64,000 bases of DNA, from contig JBFWLW010000013.1 of NCBI GenBank assembly GCA_050251945.1, positions 1 through 64,000 on the forward strand. The letters run 5' to 3'. Of the stretch, positions 59,988-64,000 are shown in pieces; the stretch's first letter is position 1; each line of letters opens with the position of its first letter. The position numbers were made by a program, and so were the translations under genes. This DNA is from Deferribacterales bacterium. Its GTDB lineage: Bacteria; Chrysiogenota; Deferribacteres; Deferribacterales; Geovibrionaceae. Below the pieces are notes generated by a model. That model made no database searches. It was not told the DNA's origin and worked only from the letters and a program-made list of their open reading frames with translations.

Positions 59988-61775
59988 GTGCTAAAATATA
60001 TGATGTTTAAAAAGATAATCCTGCTGTGGCAGCAATTTAAATTCAAGACGGAGATGTTTTTCGTTCTATCGGTGCTTTCGGCAGTGCTGTCCTATCCGTC
60101 TGAAAAAGCTATGCTTGTCGCAGGGTTTCTGCTCCCTGCCGTTTTCATAGGCAAACGAACGGGAATTGTCATCGGGCTTCTGACCGCCGTATCAGCATAT
60201 CTTCTGGCGGGACATCTTCTCATCACAGAGATAAAGAAACCGGAAGGTGACAATTGGCTCTATAAAACCACATGGGGTTCTCTTTTGGCTCCTGCCGGAC
60301 TACAGCCGGGAGACGTGCTTTCCGGTAAATTCCGCAAAAAGACATACGCCTTTCTTAAAGACGGGCGGTTTTCTGCAGGATACTACATCTCTGAGCGCAT
60401 AGACAGGAAAACATCCGTGCCGTTCATCAAATCCATTCTGCTGAAACGGGAGAAACTTTCCGACGGGCTTTATTATTCGACAGGAGGAAAGCTTGTTCTC
60501 ACGCAGGCTCTTACGCTGGGTGACCGGCGATACATTCCGCAGGCAATGAACGACCTGTTCCTTGTCACAGGTCTCGGACACTTGCTCTCCGTTTCCGGTA
60601 TGCACGTCGCCGTGCTGGCGGGTATGCTCTTTTTCCTGTTCAGTTTTCTGCCGTCAAAATTAAGACTGATACCTATGATGCTTTCCATGCTCCTGCTCAT
60701 GCCGCTGACAGGTTTCACCGTAACCGTGTGCCGCGCGGCTCTGTTCGGGTTCTTTGTCATGGGCGCAAAACTGCTTGATTACCGCACGGACACAGGCAAA
60801 CTTCTTTTGTTCGCAGCAGGCATGTTCATACTCCTAACTCCTTCTCTTCTAGGTGATATCTCGTTCATTTTATCATTCTCAGCCGTTTTGGGGCTTGTAT
60901 ATCTGCCGAATATCAGAAACAATCTGCTGGCATCAGTAGCCGTGGGGCTTGCGGCTTCCGCGTTTATTATGCCTGCCGCAGCAGCTGTGTTCGGCATGTT
61001 CAACATATCTTCCGTGATATCAACCATAATCCTTTCGCCTGTGGTCGCTCTGCAAATGGCTGTTTTCGGACTGTACTGCTTCTTTCCAGAGCACTCGGTC
61101 GCGCCCCTTTTGTTCCTCGAAGATACGCATATGTTGATAGTCAGATTTTTCTCAGACCATTCGGATTTCTTCTATCAGGTGTATAAACCCGATAAATACG
61201 TCATCGGTTTCATGATCCTCTTTCTGCTCTACACACTGGTCAGACGCAGGGTGCTTGCTGCCGCCGTGCTTCTTATGCTGCCCTATCTGCCTGCTGATAA
61301 AGCTCCCCGCGCTGTTGAAACCACAGTATCAAAAGCTGAAAAACCTACCGAAACACAGCAGAATATCCGCAAAGGCGCATATTTTATGGGGTACCAGCGG
61401 TCGAAGGCGTTTGTTATTCTGGACGGCAAAGTCCATATCTTTTATAAAGGCACATACGGCGATTTCAAATATAAATTCGTGCCGTTCCTCACTGAAATGG
61501 GCATATCAAAAGCAGACACAGGAACGATAACTATCTATAACGGTGAGAATTATCTTATAAAGATAGACAACGATGGCGAGGACTATGGCGGCGTGTGCGT
61601 CAACGAAACTCGGGCGGACTGCAAAGCGGTCTATCATACCAGAAGCAATACTTACGATTGCTATGATGACAAAAGGCTACATATTCTATATAATAACGAC
61701 AGAGATTGCAGAAATATGATTCTGCTGAAAAAATCCGGGGATGTGGTTTTAAATGAAGATACATATAAACGGTAA
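59988..61775 (+). CDS. comEC: ComEC/Rec2 family competence protein
   Basis: Motifs GLGHLLSVSGMHV, RAA and DISFILSFSA, with many TM helices. Confidence 0.85.
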   Translation: MLKYMMFKKIILLWQQFKFKTEMFFVLSVLSAVLSYPSEKAMLVAGFLLPAVFIGKRTGIVIGLLTAVSAYLLAGHLLITEIKKPEGDNWLYKTTWGSLLAPAGLQPGDVLSGKFRKKTYAFLKDGRFSAGYYISERIDRKTSVPFIKSILLKREKLSDGLYYSTGGKLVLTQALTLGDRRYIPQAMNDLFLVTGLGHLLSVSGMHVAVLAGMLFFLFSFLPSKLRLIPMMLSMLLLMPLTGFTVTVCRAALFGFFVMGAKLLDYRTDTGKLLLFAAGMFILLTPSLLGDISFILSFSAVLGLVYLPNIRNNLLASVAVGLAASAFIMPAAAAVFGMFNISSVISTIILSPVVALQMAVFGLYCFFPEHSVAPLLFLEDTHMLIVRFFSDHSDFFYQVYKPDKYVIGFMILFLLYTLVRRRVLAAAVLLMLPYLPADKAPRAVETTVSKAEKPTETQQNIRKGAYFMGYQRSKAFVILDGKVHIFYKGTYGDFKYKFVPFLTEMGISKADTGTITIYNGENYLIKIDNDGEDYGGVCVNETRADCKAVYHTRSNTYDCYDDKRLHILYNNDRDCRNMILLKKSGDVVLNEDTYKR

Positions 61776-62559
61776 TGAATATTTTTTAGCTGACGATGCC
61801 CTCTCAGGGGATGGAGCTGATTTAGTTAAACCCGATGCGGACATAATCATCCATAACGGTTTCATAGCGGGCAGACAGAGTGTTCTGCATGACGGCGATA
61901 CCCTGTCGCTCATCAAACGGGGCGAAATACCGACGGAAGAGGAAATAAAGACCCTTATCTATTCCCGCCACACGCCGAAGGTCGCAGACAAAATGGCAAA
62001 ATGCCGAATGGCAGTGTGCGGACTGGGGGGCTTGGGCTCAAACATCGCGTTGAATCTTGCGCGTATGGGCGTGGGCAGCCTGCTTCTCATAGATTTTGAT
62101 GTGGTTGAGCCTTCAAACCTGAACCGCCAGCAATATTATGTTGACCAGCTTGGCATGAAAAAGACCGAGGCGACACTTGCGAACCTGAAACGCGTAAACC
62201 CGTATATAGAGTATGACGCACGCGACCTCTATATCACAAAAGAAAATGTCCCTGGGCTTTTCGACGGATGCGACGTTATTATAGAGGCATTCGACAGCGC
62301 CGCGAACAAGGCAATGCTGATACCTGCGGCGGCGAACTGTTATCCGGATGCGTTTGTCATAGGGGCTTCCGGCGTTGCGGGACTTGGCAGTTATAAGGAA
62401 TTTCGTGTGGTAAAAGCGGGAAAAAACGTGCATATTGTAGGGGATTTCACGTCCGAAGCGGCTGTGGGCAGAGGTTTAATGGCGACGCGTGTTGTCATTG
62501 CGGCGGGGATTCAGGCGAATCTTGCCGTGCGGCTGGTTCTGGGCGAAACGGAGGCATGA
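61753..62559 (+). CDS. thiF: ThiS adenylyltransferase with N-terminal ThiS-like domain
   Basis: Motifs GLGGLGS, DFDVVEPSNLNRQ and EAFD, plus a ubiquitin-like N-terminus (MKIHING...DGDTLSLI). Confidence 0.93.
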   Translation: MKIHINGNEYFLADDALSGDGADLVKPDADIIIHNGFIAGRQSVLHDGDTLSLIKRGEIPTEEEIKTLIYSRHTPKVADKMAKCRMAVCGLGGLGSNIALNLARMGVGSLLLIDFDVVEPSNLNRQQYYVDQLGMKKTEATLANLKRVNPYIEYDARDLYITKENVPGLFDGCDVIIEAFDSAANKAMLIPAAANCYPDAFVIGASGVAGLGSYKEFRVVKAGKNVHIVGDFTSEAAVGRGLMATRVVIAAGIQANLAVRLVLGETEA

Positions 62560-62762
62560 TTATGAAAATAATACTTAACGGCGACGCGGTGGAGCTTGAA
62601 AAAGCATATACCATCAGCGACCTGATTACAAAATACGATATGAAGAAAGAGACAGTTGTCGTTGAGCTGAACGGCGATCTGCCGGACAAGGCGACATATG
62701 ACGACACATTCACCAAAGAGGGCGACAAAATAGAACTCATCCGCTTTGTCGGCGGCGGTTGA
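62556..62762 (+). CDS. thiS: Sulfur carrier protein
   Basis: Motifs ILNG, VELNG and EGDKIELIRFVGGG with C-terminal GG. Confidence 0.96.
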   Translation: MIMKIILNGDAVELEKAYTISDLITKYDMKKETVVVELNGDLPDKATYDDTFTKEGDKIELIRFVGGG

Positions 62763-62834
62763 TAAGCTTTTCTCAGCTTAAAACGCTTGTCACATCGTCA
62801 ACCAACGTTTAAAATATCTCCATAGCGAGGGGAT

Positions 62835-64000
62835 ATGGAAGAGAAAAAACCAAATCAGTGTGTGGTTGACGGGTGTGAATTAACAAAATATGTTTTTATG
62901 TCTGGTAGCCATTTCGATGAACCTCATGAGTATTCACAGTGTATTCTACATTGCACTAAAGACGATTTCTTCACTTTCAACCAATACGAAGATTTTGTAA
63001 ATTGCTTAATAAACTCTCCATTCTTCGCAATCAAGAATAATGTTGTCAAAATAAATAATGTTGTTTTCCCAAATACATTCAATAGCGTAACATTTGATAA
63101 TTTTTATGACTCAGCTTTATCATATGCTTTTTCTAACTGTTTTTTTGACTGTTATGACGTTAAGCCAAATAGCACTTTTAATGATTGTGAGTTTTCTCAT
63201 CAAATAGGCATAGAAACTCATATCCTACCAACCATCTCATTCAACAACTGCTCATTTAAAGGAGATTTAGTTTTAGGATACGAGGAAGATAATATAATAG
63301 ATTTAACTAATCTCTCATTTTCTAGTTGCGATGTCGAGGAAGTCTATTTCCGAAATATTAACTTCAATTCAGATCATTTTCTTTCATTCAGCTTTAAAGC
63401 ACTCAAAGTGGCTAAATTCAGTTACTGTACGTTTTCTTTTTCTCAAGAATTACATGACATCACTTCAGTTTACTTTACTCATTGTAGATTTAATCATGAA
63501 GTAATCTTTAATTGTTCAATACTTAAATCCTTACATTTATTGGAGTGCATTTTTAATGGTAATTGCAAATTGGTAGAACTCCCGTCACTCAACTCCCTCG
63601 TAATTGAATTATCTCAATTTAAGGCGTTCTTCTCGATTATTAGCATAGATTTTAATTTTAGACTCACTTTCACTGGTTCGGATTTTTTAGGTTTAATTTC
63701 TTTTGAAAATGTTATTCTAAGAAAAGGATTTGACTTTAATTCATGCATAATCAAATCAAACTTTTACATTGCAAACACTAGAATACCATTTACTAAAGAA
63801 AGCCACAAAGACACACCACGCGAAACTTATAGAGCAATTAAATTTGCATTTGATAATATTGGAAATACTGTTGAAGCTAATAAATATTTTGCTCTTGAAA
63901 TAGACAAGCTGTATTCAGAATTGTCATGGAGAAATAATTTCTCGGAAAAACTACTTCTATCAATCAATAAATACACTTCAAACTTTGGACAAAACTGGTG
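62835..64000 (+). CDS. AT-rich pentapeptide-repeat-like protein (partial, runs off window; absent from ORF track)
   Basis: By manual translation the frame is open from ATG 62835 (GAGGGG ribosome-binding site) to the end. It reads MEEKKPNQC...CILHC, repeated FxxCxF, then RETYRAIKFAFDNIGNTVEANKYFALE...SNFGQNW. Confidence 0.8.
   Translation, partial: MEEKKPNQCVVDGCELTKYVFMSGSHFDEPHEYSQCILHCTKDDFFTFNQYEDFVNCLINSPFFAIKNNVVKINNVVFPNTFNSVTFDNFYDSALSYAFSNCFFDCYDVKPNSTFNDCEFSHQIGIETHILPTISFNNCSFKGDLVLGYEEDNIIDLTNLSFSSCDVEEVYFRNINFNSDHFLSFSFKALKVAKFSYCTFSFSQELHDITSVYFTHCRFNHEVIFNCSILKSLHLLECIFNGNCKLVELPSLNSLVIELSQFKAFFSIISIDFNFRLTFTGSDFLGLISFENVILRKGFDFNSCIIKSNFYIANTRIPFTKESHKDTPRETYRAIKFAFDNIGNTVEANKYFALEIDKLYSELSWRNNFSEKLLLSINKYTSNFGQNW

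Overview
A gene-dense bacterial chromosomal segment of mostly housekeeping and signalling genes. The gene content and protein style suggest an anaerobic Gram-negative organism, possibly Deferribacterales (inference only). The left end carries three tandem sigma70 promoters firing out of the window, like an rRNA-operon leader. These are followed by fba, a degenerate PEP-utilising-enzyme homolog, a TetR/SDR pair with a clear operator, and a TPR/beta-barrel gene paired with a FecR-domain protein bearing a huge Ala/Gln stalk. Next come lgt, rpsB-tsf and a tightly packed thiG-thiH-ogt-mtnA-AOR-like-aldolase operon facing moeA. The middle holds signalling genes, aroG, gdhA and a sigma54-driven chemosensory operon ending in a LuxR solo and an S41 peptidase, with a divergent kinase/sigma54 activator pair. 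The right half has tRNA-Asn, a selenocysteine-containing selD, and tRNA-Leu(UAA) flanked by rearranged tRNA fragments and an AT-rich HEPN-motif gene. It ends with ubiD, mrp, thiD, dnaE, comEC, thiF/thiS and an AT-rich ORF running off the right end. The best candidates for undescribed systems are (i) a radical-SAM by-product salvage route (MtnA + Ald2-like + divergent AOR) fused to thiGH, (ii) the Slam/T11SS-like barrel with its FecR-stalk partner, and (iii) the tRNA-Leu fragment/HEPN locus. No CRISPR array, integrase or transposase was recognised. All family calls come from motif recognition by eye, not database searches.
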